Shown: piece by piece, positions 20,689 to 29,646 of the stretch
Position numbering within the stretch: position 1 is the stretch's first letter
Layout of the letters: every line of letters begins with the position of its first letter
Assembly: GCA_964518875.1 (NCBI GenBank)
Contig: CAZFHI010000008.1
Location: 1,929-65,928 of the forward strand
DNA from: an uncultured Oscillospiraceae bacterium
Lineage (GTDB): Bacteria > Bacillota > Clostridia > Christensenellales > Aristaeellaceae
Length of the DNA: 64,000 nt
Direction: 5' to 3'
Translations under genes and position numbers: made by a program
The notes under the pieces: model-generated
Seen by the model: only the letters and a program-made list of their open reading frames with translations
Databases searched by the model: none
Told to the model about the DNA's origin: nothing

Positions 20689-21210
20689 ATGGAACATCTT
20701 TTGCATGTTTATACAGGTGATGGTAAAGGAAAGACCACGGCTTCTATGGGAGCGGCGCTTCGCATGCTCGGCCATCACGGCAAAGTATTTTTGGTTCAGT
20801 TTATGAAGTCGGACAATTCAGGAGAGTTAGCGCCTTTAAAGGAGCTCGGCGTAAACATCTACCCTGCTCCGCAGATTAACAAGTTCACATTCCAGATGAA
20901 CGAAGACGAGTTAAAGCAGGCAAGCGATGAGATGCAAAACGCAGTCGCCAAAATGATAGATGCCATAAACAGCTTTAAGCCCGCTTTGTCCGTTTTTGAC
21001 GAGCTATGCGTGGCAGCGGGCCTTAAGCTTATTAAAGAAGATCAGGCAATTAAGCTTATAGACGCGGCCTTAAAGCATGGCGAATGCATAGTAACGGGCC
21101 GCTACGCACCGGCATCGTTCATAGAAAAAGCCGCTTATGTAAGCGAAATAAAGGCCGTAAAGCACCCCTTCAACGAAGGCACCCAGGCAAGAGAAGGCAT
21201 AGAGTGGTAA
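20689..21210 (+). CDS. cobO: Cob(I)yrinic acid a,c-diamide / cob(I)alamin adenosyltransferase (CobA/CobO/BtuR family)
   Basis: ATG at 20689 is preceded by GGGAGG; the ORF track starts at 20602 inside the riboswitch region. N-terminus MEHLLHVYTGDGKGKTTASMGAALR has the P-loop typical of this family. 173 aa. Confidence 0.85.
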   Translation: MEHLLHVYTGDGKGKTTASMGAALRMLGHHGKVFLVQFMKSDNSGELAPLKELGVNIYPAPQINKFTFQMNEDELKQASDEMQNAVAKMIDAINSFKPALSVFDELCVAAGLKLIKEDQAIKLIDAALKHGECIVTGRYAPASFIEKAAYVSEIKAVKHPFNEGTQAREGIEW

Positions 21211-21571
21211 ATAATTTAATTAAAAAGCTTTATTTTTTATTATAAAAATCCCCGCCTAGTCTTTTTTTATTTTCAGCATTATATATACAGTATAGTTTAA
21301 CGTTTTAAAATATATAATTTTTTATAGTTATTATTAGTTTCGCGCAATTTTTGTTTTGTTAACAAAGTTAGCCTAAACTTTGAAAGAAACAGGTTAAGTA
21401 CATTGCTTAAAAATTTAGTTAAGCAGCAATGTTACGAGTTAAAAGTAAAATAATTTAGCTTATATAAAATTTAAATAGTATTTTAAAAAATCAACCGCGG
21501 GCGGAACATGAAAAAACCATCTTAAAACATTTTTATGTTTTCAGACAAATATCTATATGTGAAATTTTTCA

Positions 21572-22381
21572 TTAACGCGTCAGCCCATAATATTTGCGCA
21601 TAATGCGGAAGAATAGACCAGGTAAAAGAATATCGTGAAGAATAACGGCAAGGCGCTGAGAGAAGGAAGCTACTATAAGCTTGCATGGCGGGTTCTTTTT
21701 ATTTACGGCCTTCGCCACTTTTTCACCAAGCTTTTCAGGTGAAAGCCCGTTTCTTTCGTCCCTTTCTATTCTGCGTACAGCGTTTTCATACGCGTTTTTA
21801 TATATATTCCCAACATTTTCTGCGTGTTCGCGGTATTTCTTCTGCCCTCCGCTGTGATCCCCCGGTTCTACAACCATAACACGCACGCCTTGGTCGTGCG
21901 TTTCCATTGACAGGGCTTCGCTGAAGCCTTCCAAAGCGTGCTTTGAAGCTGTATAAGCGCCTTCAAATGGAGTAGCGAGCAGCCCGTTTATGCTGCTCAC
22001 ATTTACTATTATACCGCGCGTTTGTCTAAGATGCGGAAGCGTTAAGCGTATCATACGCGCAGCGCCTAAAAAACAAACGTCCATAACGCTTTTAAGCTCT
22101 TCTTCCGTATAGTTTTCCGCAGCTCCAAGGTTTAAAACGCCTGCGGCATTAACCAATACGTAAGGCGGCGGCAAAGCGGACAACGCGTCGTGCGCAAAGC
22201 GTTCATCGCTTTCTTCGCTTGTTACGTCTAAATTCAGGCAGCATGAAAGCGCGGGCGTTTCGCCTTTGGAAAAGCTTCTTGCTCCTCCCACGACACAGAA
22301 GCCCTGTTTTTCAAGAGCGAGGGCAATATGAAGCCCAAGACCGCTTGAAGCTCCCGTTACCCAGGCGACTTTTTTATTCAT
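21572..22381 (-). CDS. Short-chain dehydrogenase/reductase (SDR) family oxidoreductase
   Basis: 269 aa. TGASSGLG cofactor motif, NAAG, catalytic YTASKHAL (YxxxK). Confidence 0.9.
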   Translation of the reverse strand: MNKKVAWVTGASSGLGLHIALALEKQGFCVVGGARSFSKGETPALSCCLNLDVTSEESDERFAHDALSALPPPYVLVNAAGVLNLGAAENYTEEELKSVMDVCFLGAARMIRLTLPHLRQTRGIIVNVSSINGLLATPFEGAYTASKHALEGFSEALSMETHDQGVRVMVVEPGDHSGGQKKYREHAENVGNIYKNAYENAVRRIERDERNGLSPEKLGEKVAKAVNKKNPPCKLIVASFSQRLAVILHDILLPGLFFRIMRKYYGLTR

Positions 22382-22486
22382 ACGTACTCCTTAGCATGCT
22401 TAAACGCTGCAGCGGGTTAATATGCTTTTTAGTAAGTCCGCAAGCCCGATTACCGCGTATTCAAAAACAAGTTAAAATAAGGGTCT

Positions 22487-22828
22487 TCAGCCCATATTTT
22501 CCGTCAGCTTTTTGCCGGCCAGCATATGGAAATGCAGGTGCTGCACGCTCTGGCATGCGTTTTCCCCGCAGTTAGATATAAGCCTGTATCCTCCTTTTAT
22601 GTTTTGTGAAGCGGCTATTTTTTCCGCCGCCCTGAGGCAGGCTGCTAATGCGGCGTCGCCTATGCCGTCCAGATCCGCCAGGGAAGCTGCGTGCTGCTTT
22701 GGAACAATAAGCGCGTGGAAAGGAGCCTGAGGGTTTAAATCCGCAAAGGCAAAGCAGTATTCATCCTCATAGTACTTTTTTGAAGGTACTTCTCCCGACG
22801 CTATTTTGCAAAAGATACAATCTTTCAT
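22487..22828 (-). CDS. HIT (histidine triad) family protein
   Basis: 113 aa. CIFCKI N-terminus and HLHFHML triad. 4-nt overlap with the mtaB stop. Confidence 0.93.
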   Translation of the reverse strand: MKDCIFCKIASGEVPSKKYYEDEYCFAFADLNPQAPFHALIVPKQHAASLADLDGIGDAALAACLRAAEKIAASQNIKGGYRLISNCGENACQSVQHLHFHMLAGKKLTENMG

Positions 22829-24123
22829 AAATTATCCTCCTTTTTATTTACAAGCGTCCCTGTAAAGACGCCGTTGTTGTAATCAGTAAGTTTGGTAAGA
22901 GCAATATGGTTTGGTTCAGCGCCTGATGTTTCCACCCTTAAATAGTTTTCAGTATAGCCGGCCGCCCCTCCCTTATGCTCTTCCTCGTACAAAACCTGCA
23001 CGGTTTTGTTTAAAAACATTTCAGCGTAGTTTCGCTGGGAGCGCTTTCCTATTTCAATCATCTCATGCGCCCGCTCATTTTTTACTTCTTTTTTTATTTG
23101 CAACGGCATGTCGGCGGCCTTTGTGCCTCTGCGCCTGCTGTATGGGAACACGTGCACCCTGCTGAACCGCATTTTTTCAACAAATTCAAGGCTCTCTGTA
23201 TGTTCTTGCTCTGTTTCACCAGGAAATCCGCATATTACGTCAGTGGTAATTGCAGGGTTATCAAAATATCTGCGCAAAAGGGCAACGGCGTTTGCAAATT
23301 CCTCTGTATTGTAGCGTCTTCTCATGCGCTTTAGCACGCTGTCCGATCCAGACTGCAATGACAGATGGAACTGCGGGCATAACGGCTGTATACCGCTTAT
23401 CTCTTTAACAAATTCCTCTGTTATAATCACAGGTTCTAAAGAGCCGAGCCTGAGCCTTAGCAGGCCTTCCTGCGACGCCGCTCTTATAGCGTCAATAAGT
23501 CCTGCATTGTCAAGGTCCTTTCCATAACTTGTCAAATGTATGCCTGTCAGTACTATTTCTTTATAGCCGTGTGCTATGAAGCGTTCAGCCTCTTTTTTTA
23601 TGCTTTGAACGCTCCTGCTTCTTATGCCGCCGCGTACATAAGGTATTATGCAGTAAGAGCAGAAGCGGTCGCAGCCTTCCTGTATTTTCAGAATTGCTCT
23701 TGTCTTGTGCTGATACGTTTCAACGCTTAGCGGTTCAAAGTCCGCCTTTGTTATGTTTTCAACAGCGGAAATGCCGTTTCTTTGCGCAAGCGCCCGCTTA
23801 TAAAGATTTACTATGTCTTTTCTGCGGCTGTTGCCTATAACAAGGTCAGCCCCTTTTAGCAACAGCTTATCCGCTTCTCTTTGAGCAAGACAGCCCGTTA
23901 TTATAATAAAGGCTTCCTGATTAAGCTTTCTGCATCTGCGCGCCATCTGCAGGCTTTTTCTTTCTCCGGTGTTTGTAACAATGCACGTGTTTATTACATA
24001 AACATCCGCTTTTTCAGAAGGCTCTACCTGAGTAAATCCATCCTTTATAAATTCGTCGAGCATGGCTTCGCTGTCGTACTGGTTTACCTTGCAGCCAAGC
24101 GTATAAAATGCGACTGTTTTCAT
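22825..24123 (-). CDS. mtaB: tRNA methylthiotransferase, MtaB-like (radical SAM MTTase)
   Basis: 432 aa. MTTase N-domain (FYTLGCKVNQYDSE), radical SAM cluster motif CDRFCSYC, C-terminal TRAM-like region. The position after prmA-rsmE matches yqeV/mtaB of Firmicutes. Confidence 0.85.
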   Translation of the reverse strand: MKTVAFYTLGCKVNQYDSEAMLDEFIKDGFTQVEPSEKADVYVINTCIVTNTGERKSLQMARRCRKLNQEAFIIITGCLAQREADKLLLKGADLVIGNSRRKDIVNLYKRALAQRNGISAVENITKADFEPLSVETYQHKTRAILKIQEGCDRFCSYCIIPYVRGGIRSRSVQSIKKEAERFIAHGYKEIVLTGIHLTSYGKDLDNAGLIDAIRAASQEGLLRLRLGSLEPVIITEEFVKEISGIQPLCPQFHLSLQSGSDSVLKRMRRRYNTEEFANAVALLRRYFDNPAITTDVICGFPGETEQEHTESLEFVEKMRFSRVHVFPYSRRRGTKAADMPLQIKKEVKNERAHEMIEIGKRSQRNYAEMFLNKTVQVLYEEEHKGGAAGYTENYLRVETSGAEPNHIALTKLTDYNNGVFTGTLVNKKEDNL

Positions 24124-24809
24124 TCCAGATTACCGGACAGCATCATTATTCCGGCAGCAGCTACGAGCCCTGCCGTTTCCGTGCGTAATATTCTTTTGCC
24201 AAGCGTGATAACGTCCGCCTTAATAATATCCACTTCTTCTTTTGATATGCCCCCTTCAGGGCCTATTATAACGGCTACGTCCTTAGCGCCCTTGTAAACC
24301 CTCGTTAAGCTGTTTCCCTGCGCTTCCTCCCATGGCAATATTGCCTGTTCATGCTTAGAAAGAAGCCCGGCTAAGCGTTTTACATCTATCGCGTTATGCA
24401 CCTTAGGTATTCGGCATCTTTGAGACTGCATTGCGGCTTCCTTTGCTATCCTGTTAAAACGCGGTATTTTCTTATCCGCATCGTGTACTATGCATCGCGA
24501 AAAATATACAGGAACAATGGAATTCACGCCAATTTCAGTGCATTTTTGCACTATATAATCCATCCTGGCGCCCTTTGCAAAGCCCTGGTAAAGCGTTATG
24601 CTTACAGAAGGTTCCGTTGAATGGAGAGTACCATATATTTTTGCCGAAGAATCTTCCGCTGCATATTTTGCCATATAACGCGTTCCGTTAAAAATAACCG
24701 CTATTTCTTCGCCGTCCTTAAGCCTCAGCACGCGCTTTGCATGATGGGCGTCTTCATTGTTTAAAATCGCTTTATTGTTATCTATATTATCTACATAAAA
24801 ACTATGCAA
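24120..24809 (-). CDS. rsmE: 16S rRNA (uracil1498-N3)-methyltransferase RsmE
   Basis: 229 aa. HHAKRVLRLKDGEEI PUA-like start and C-terminal IIGPEGGISKEE...LGKRILRTETA SPOUT knot motif. Confidence 0.92.
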   Translation of the reverse strand: MHSFYVDNIDNNKAILNNEDAHHAKRVLRLKDGEEIAVIFNGTRYMAKYAAEDSSAKIYGTLHSTEPSVSITLYQGFAKGARMDYIVQKCTEIGVNSIVPVYFSRCIVHDADKKIPRFNRIAKEAAMQSQRCRIPKVHNAIDVKRLAGLLSKHEQAILPWEEAQGNSLTRVYKGAKDVAVIIGPEGGISKEEVDIIKADVITLGKRILRTETAGLVAAAGIMMLSGNLE

Positions 24810-25740
24810 GTCTTTCCCCTTTTTTCGCTTTAATTGCCGTCCAATCCGCCTTACGCCTTACTTCTGCTACAGCAAAGCCATATTTCTCAAGGGCTCTGAT
24901 TACATTATCCTCTTTATCCTTAACTATGCCTGAAGCTATAAAGCAGCCGTTTTCATTTAGTATATCGTTAAGCGACGGCGCAAGCTGCACTATTGCTTCC
25001 GCCAGTATGTTGGATACTACGGTGTCAAAGCTTTTGTTTATGCCTTTTGCCAAGTCGCCAGAGATTATTTTAACAATATCGTCAACATTGTTTATTTTTG
25101 CATTGTTCCGCGCGGCTTCAACGGCAAGAGGATCCCTGTCAACGGCAAGCACTTCTTTCGCGCCTAATTTAGCCGCCGCAACAGACAGTATGCCGCTGCC
25201 AGTCCCTATGTCAAGCAGAGTGCCGCCGTTAAGATTTTCTTCAAGCAGAGTAAGGCACATATCCGTAGTTTCATGCAAACCTGTGCCAAAGGCAAGCCCA
25301 GGATCTATTTCAATTACAATTTCATCTTTTTGCGCCGTGTATTTTCCCCAGCTCGGCTTTATAACAAAACGGCTGCCTATATGCAGTGTTTTAAAGTCCT
25401 CTTTCCACTTATACTTCCATTCGTCGTCTGCAACGGATTTAGCGCTTAATTTAAGGCTTCCCAGATCTATTTTTGTTATGTTTGGCAAAGACTGCAAAGC
25501 GTTCTTTATACTTTCAAGCTGCTTTTCATCGTGAAGCCAAGCTTTAACCAGCACAACGCCTTCAGGCGGCCGCTTTATGCTTTCATCCAACAGCTCAAAA
25601 TTTTTAAGCGCCTCTTGATAAGTGGGAATATCGCCGCCGTCTATTACCTGCGCGCCCTGCGCCCCTAAAGCGTGGAACTGCTCTACTATAATGTCCGCGC
25701 CCTGCGCGTTGCTTTCAACCGTTACTTCTATCCATCGCAT
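24802..25740 (-). CDS. prmA: Ribosomal protein L11 methyltransferase PrmA
   Basis: 312 aa. MRWIEVTV start, GLAFGTGLHETT, SAM motif LLDIGTGSGILS. Confidence 0.95.
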   Translation of the reverse strand: MRWIEVTVESNAQGADIIVEQFHALGAQGAQVIDGGDIPTYQEALKNFELLDESIKRPPEGVVLVKAWLHDEKQLESIKNALQSLPNITKIDLGSLKLSAKSVADDEWKYKWKEDFKTLHIGSRFVIKPSWGKYTAQKDEIVIEIDPGLAFGTGLHETTDMCLTLLEENLNGGTLLDIGTGSGILSVAAAKLGAKEVLAVDRDPLAVEAARNNAKINNVDDIVKIISGDLAKGINKSFDTVVSNILAEAIVQLAPSLNDILNENGCFIASGIVKDKEDNVIRALEKYGFAVAEVRRKADWTAIKAKKGERLA

Positions 25741-25742
25741 AA

Positions 25743-26864
25743 TTACTGCTCCGTTTTGTTTAATTGTGCTTTATCATTAACGCTTTTTTCATTAGTGGAT
25801 TTTTTATGTTCGTCTTCTTTCGCCGCATCTTCCGGAAGTATATCTTCTTTTGTAAGCAGCATAAGCTCTTCCCTCGTTATATTCTGCTTGGAAGCAAGCC
25901 TGTCCGCCTGGCGCGCCACAGCCGTTTCAAACAGATTGCGCACCCCCCTTGCGTTGCCAAAGCCCGTTACGTCCACGCTTTTTTCTTCAAGCGTTTTTCT
26001 GAGCGCGTCCTCCGCGTCAGCAGACAGCTCATAACCGGCTTTTTTCATTCGCAGAGAAAAAATGCCCATCATTTCGTCAACGCTGTAATCCGGGAAATAT
26101 ATAAAGCGGTTGAAGCGGGACTCAAGCCCTGGATTGGAATTTATAAAATCCTTCATAAGGTTTGTATAGCCTGCGACTATTACGATAAGGTTATCCCTGT
26201 TGTCTTCCATAGCCTTAAGCAGGGTTTCCACAGCTTCCTGACCGTAATCCTGCGGACCTCTGCTTGTCAGGGCATAGGCTTCGTCTATAAACAGCACCCC
26301 GCCAAGCGCTTTGCCTATTACTTCCTGCGTTTTTATCGCTGTCTGCCCAACATAGCCTGCAACAAGGCCGCTTCTGTCCACTTCAACGAGGTGGCCTTTT
26401 GAAAGTATTCCCAGGGAATGATATATGCGGCTCATAAGTCGCGCAACCATGGTTTTCCCTGTACCTGGGTTGCCGGTAAAGACCATGTGCAGCGATAATT
26501 CCTCCGTAGGAAGGGAATGCTCTTTTCTCAGCTTATATATGCTTACTAAGTTTATAAGGCTGTTTACTTCTTTTTTAACTGAATCGAGCCCTATATACTC
26601 GTTTAGCTCTTTTTTAAGGTCTTCTATATTTTCTTTGGGGATTTTATCCTCCTGCCGGCTTTCGTCCTGCTTAACTTTCTTATTTTCATTTTTTTCGCCT
26701 TCAGAAAAAACATCCGGCACCTTTGGATAGCCTTCAGGAGGCGTGTCCCTGCGTCCCCACAGATCTTCGCCTACGTCGCGCAGATTGCGCTCAGTCATCT
26801 GGCGTATTATATCATTTTGCAGCTCGATTATTTTAAGCCTTCGTTTATCCTTGTCTTCTTCCAT
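25743..26864 (-). CDS. AAA+ ATPase of the SpoVK/CbxX (CfxQ) family with charged N- and C-terminal extensions
   Basis: 373 aa. IGLDSVKKEVNSLINL, Walker A GNPGTGKTMVA, Walker B VLFIDEAYAL, GYVGQTA. The stop lies 2 nt before the prmA start. Confidence 0.78.
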   Translation of the reverse strand: MEEDKDKRRLKIIELQNDIIRQMTERNLRDVGEDLWGRRDTPPEGYPKVPDVFSEGEKNENKKVKQDESRQEDKIPKENIEDLKKELNEYIGLDSVKKEVNSLINLVSIYKLRKEHSLPTEELSLHMVFTGNPGTGKTMVARLMSRIYHSLGILSKGHLVEVDRSGLVAGYVGQTAIKTQEVIGKALGGVLFIDEAYALTSRGPQDYGQEAVETLLKAMEDNRDNLIVIVAGYTNLMKDFINSNPGLESRFNRFIYFPDYSVDEMMGIFSLRMKKAGYELSADAEDALRKTLEEKSVDVTGFGNARGVRNLFETAVARQADRLASKQNITREELMLLTKEDILPEDAAKEDEHKKSTNEKSVNDKAQLNKTEQ

Positions 26865-26900
26865 GGTCCTCTCCCTTCACGTTTATTATACGACAAATAC

Positions 26901-26928
26901 AAAAAAATTACACGCCCAAATGGGCGTG
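26901..26928 (-). terminator. Terminator-like hairpin inside the 5' leader of the AAA+/prmA operon (possible attenuator or end of a small transcript)
   Basis: Minus-strand CACGCCC-AUUU-GGGCGUG followed by UAAUUUUUUU, 37-64 nt upstream of the AAA+ start codon. No upstream minus-strand gene for it to terminate. Confidence 0.5.
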
Positions 26929-26980
26929 CTGAAATTAATCCGAAAGTTCAAAAAAACGTTTAAAAACATAAATTATATGC

Positions 26981-27009
26981 TTGCAGACGCTTTGATATTG
27001 CAATAATAT
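26981..27009 (+). promoter_or_regulatory. Sigma-A-type promoter of the 27.0-32.3 kb envelope cluster
   Basis: TTGCAG, 17 nt, TAATAT, about 45 nt upstream of the ATG at 27055 (RBS AAGGAGGA). Confidence 0.5.
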
Positions 27010-27054
27010 TTAATGGTGTGTTAATATGCTTAAGAGTTATTAAGGAGGATTTTA

Positions 27055-27594
27055 ATGCACAAGTCAAACCGTATCGCCTTAGGCGCTATGTTTTTAGCCG
27101 TGATGCTGGTGCTCGGTTATATAGAATCCCTTATTCCATTAGGCGTGCCTGGCATAAAATTAGGGCTTGCAAACAGCGTTCTTCTGCTTTCTTTGTACTG
27201 GCTTGGCATTCCTTTTTCATTTGGGCTTATGTGTGCCAAGGTTTTGCTCAGCGGGTTTTTATTTTCAAACCCCAACGCAATGCTTTACAGCTTTGCAGGC
27301 GGCGTTCTTTCAATGCTGGGCATGATATTAACCGTGTACGTAATGAAAGGCGTAAGCCCTTTAGGCGCCGCAATAACAGGAGCTGTTTTACACAACGTGG
27401 GGCAGATAGCCGTTGCCATGCTTATGCTTAATACCGCAAAGCTTCTTTATTATTTGGCAATACTTATGTTAGCGGGCGTTGTTATGGGTTTTATAACCGG
27501 CAACGTTTGCAAACATCTGCTGCGCTATCTGCCAAAAAGCAGGCGCGAGCGCTTTTTTAAGAGCTCTGACAATAAAGATTCAATGGAAGCATAG
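27055..27594 (+). CDS. Gx transporter family membrane protein (PF07456, often mis-annotated as heptaprenyl diphosphate synthase component I)
   Basis: 179 aa with about 5 TM helices. N-terminal LGYIESLIPLGVPGIKLGLANSVLLLSLY matches my recollection of that family signature. Confidence 0.65.
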   Translation: MHKSNRIALGAMFLAVMLVLGYIESLIPLGVPGIKLGLANSVLLLSLYWLGIPFSFGLMCAKVLLSGFLFSNPNAMLYSFAGGVLSMLGMILTVYVMKGVSPLGAAITGAVLHNVGQIAVAMLMLNTAKLLYYLAILMLAGVVMGFITGNVCKHLLRYLPKSRRERFFKSSDNKDSMEA

Positions 27595-27615
27595 AGTAAC
27601 TATAAGGAGGATTGC

Positions 27616-29646
27616 ATGGCTGTGCCCGCAAGAGATATTTCACTGTTAATGCCTTCGCTCATTACGCTTTACAACTTTATTTTTTGTATATTGGCATCTA
27701 ACGCCTTAACGCAAAAGCCCATATTCGGCGGCGCTCTTTTTATGGTCGCTCAGGTTGCCGGCCTTGCGGGTAAATATATATTCAGCCACAGCTACAGAAA
27801 CCTATTAAACAAAAAAGAGCGCGTAATCGTATATGTGCTTACGTTGCTTTGTTTTTTTGCAAGCATAGCTTTAATTTTGTTTTATCCAAAAAGAAGCGTT
27901 CTGCCTGAAGCGTGGGTTGTTTTTGCCATATCGCTCGCTACGTGGCTCCGCTCTCTAGGCTTAAGCCGCCTTATAGATTCCCCTATAACGTACAAAATGT
28001 CAGGCGTGCAGAAGGGCATTCGAATGGCGGAAATATCCGTACTGTTTTTAGCTGTGGTAACAGCCGTTCTGTTTTCTACTCAAAACGCGCAGACAGCCTG
28101 GTACATCACAGGGGCGTTCGCATTAAACTCTCTGGCGGAAGCCGTTACGCTTTCAAAATACAAAAGGTTTGATTATAAAGGCAGTCAGGTAAATACTGAC
28201 GCCGTACAAAAGGCAAGCAGTATAAACGCTTACAATGTGTTCGTGCGTCTTGTGGTGTTTTCCGCGGCGGCGCTGCAGATTACGCAAATACTCATTTTTT
28301 CTTTTATAGCTACAACGGCAGACACCGTCTTTTTCGCTTTTCTTATAGCGATACTTACAAGCTTTGTTATAGCGCAGATAGTCCGCTTCTACATGGCGCA
28401 AAAAAAGGAAAGCGATGTAAGCAATCTGCTGCTTTTTGGTCTGTCCCTCTGGGTAATAAGCCTTTTAATGTTCTGGCACCAGATCAACAGCAGCAATCAG
28501 GTAATGCGTTATATATCGCTCGCCGCTTGCAGCGCCGGAATACTTTTGAGCATATCCGCGCTGTCCCGTCTTGAAAAAAACATGCAGGAAGTGCTGCTTT
28601 TTGCAGTAGACAATGAGGTAATGAAATCTTTGCGGCAGACAAAGTCCATAGTGATAGCCTTCGCTTCTTTAATAGGGCAGATGTTAGCTCTTATAGGTCT
28701 CGCCCTTTTAAGCTTCTTTGAAAACGATAAATTCCTAAGCATGGAAAACGTGTTTCAACCGACGCTTATACTGCCCGCTCTCGTTTTAGCGGCGGCCGCG
28801 GCGATTTCAGCGCTGCGTTTTCCTCTTACAAAGCAGCACTTAAACAAGCTGCATAATTATATGCTGCTCAAGCAAAACGGCGAAACCAACGCGCCTTTGC
28901 AGAAACAGCTCGAAAACGTTATTGTAAAAGTAAGCAGGAGACGCTACGGCTTAAAGCTTATAGGCAAATTTGTAAGCCTTTTTATGCGTGTGCAGATTGA
29001 AGGAGAAGAAAAAGTTCCTACGGGCGACGGCATAAGCAATGTATTTATATGCAACCACGGAGAGCTTTACGGGCCGGTCTGCTGCTATATATTTATGCCT
29101 TTCCCGTTCAGGCCGTGGATTACGGATAGAATGATGGATAAAAGCCTTACTGTTAAACATATATACGAAGGCACGTTCATGAGACAAAATTGGATGCCTA
29201 AATCCTGGCAGATGCCGATGGCTAAGTTTGTCGCCCCAATAATAAACTGGGCCATGCATTCAGCCTACGGCATACCTGTATACAAGGACAATCCTAAACT
29301 TTTAATTAAAACCTTCCGCGAAACCGCCATATGCATGCAGGCGGGAGACGATATTTTAATATTTCCTGAAAACCCTGCGGCAGAAAACAGCAATGATAAT
29401 TTGTATTTAAGAAGCGGCATAGGCGAATTTTTTAAAGGCTTTACGCTTGTAGCGCCCATATATTATCAGAAAACGGGCAAGTGCTGCCGCTTTATACCAG
29501 TTTATGCAGATAAGAAGCGCCGCAAACTAAGCTTTGGCGACTACGTGCAGTACAACCCGGATAACAGCTCCGATATGGAAAGCAATCGCATTTGCGATGA
29601 AGTGCGCAGCGCCATACTTGATTTAGCGGAAGGCGGAGAAAAATGA
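27616..29646 (+). CDS. Fusion protein: N-terminal polytopic membrane domain (~10-11 TM, MFS/LplT-like by topology only) plus C-terminal PlsC/LPLAT-like acyltransferase domain
   Basis: 676 aa. Residues ~1-440 are hydrophobic helices. The C-terminal ~230 aa carry acyltransferase-like blocks VFICNHGELYGP (HX4D position occupied by G) and ILIFPENPAA (FPEGTR-like). Confidence 0.55.
   Translation: MAVPARDISLLMPSLITLYNFIFCILASNALTQKPIFGGALFMVAQVAGLAGKYIFSHSYRNLLNKKERVIVYVLTLLCFFASIALILFYPKRSVLPEAWVVFAISLATWLRSLGLSRLIDSPITYKMSGVQKGIRMAEISVLFLAVVTAVLFSTQNAQTAWYITGAFALNSLAEAVTLSKYKRFDYKGSQVNTDAVQKASSINAYNVFVRLVVFSAAALQITQILIFSFIATTADTVFFAFLIAILTSFVIAQIVRFYMAQKKESDVSNLLLFGLSLWVISLLMFWHQINSSNQVMRYISLAACSAGILLSISALSRLEKNMQEVLLFAVDNEVMKSLRQTKSIVIAFASLIGQMLALIGLALLSFFENDKFLSMENVFQPTLILPALVLAAAAAISALRFPLTKQHLNKLHNYMLLKQNGETNAPLQKQLENVIVKVSRRRYGLKLIGKFVSLFMRVQIEGEEKVPTGDGISNVFICNHGELYGPVCCYIFMPFPFRPWITDRMMDKSLTVKHIYEGTFMRQNWMPKSWQMPMAKFVAPIINWAMHSAYGIPVYKDNPKLLIKTFRETAICMQAGDDILIFPENPAAENSNDNLYLRSGIGEFFKGFTLVAPIYYQKTGKCCRFIPVYADKKRRKLSFGDYVQYNPDNSSDMESNRICDEVRSAILDLAEGGEK

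Noticed and set aside
21211-21571. 360-bp AT-rich gap after cobO, inspected for a small gene, sRNA or mobile-element scar
   Set aside because: I found only an imperfect bulged hairpin (~21393-21436). There is no ORF with an RBS, no terminal repeats and no promoter/terminator pair. It is probably just the spacer between convergent transcription units.
24737-25534. 265-aa ORF on the + strand, antisense to prmA. The same applies to other long antisense ORFs: 37963-38589, 59143-59709, 30128-30721, 18808-19380, 7240-7701 and 5952-6419.
   Set aside because: All lie entirely inside well-supported genes on the opposite strand. They have Ser/Leu/Ala/Cys-rich low-complexity translations, no RBS and no recognisable motifs. 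These are typical shadow ORFs.
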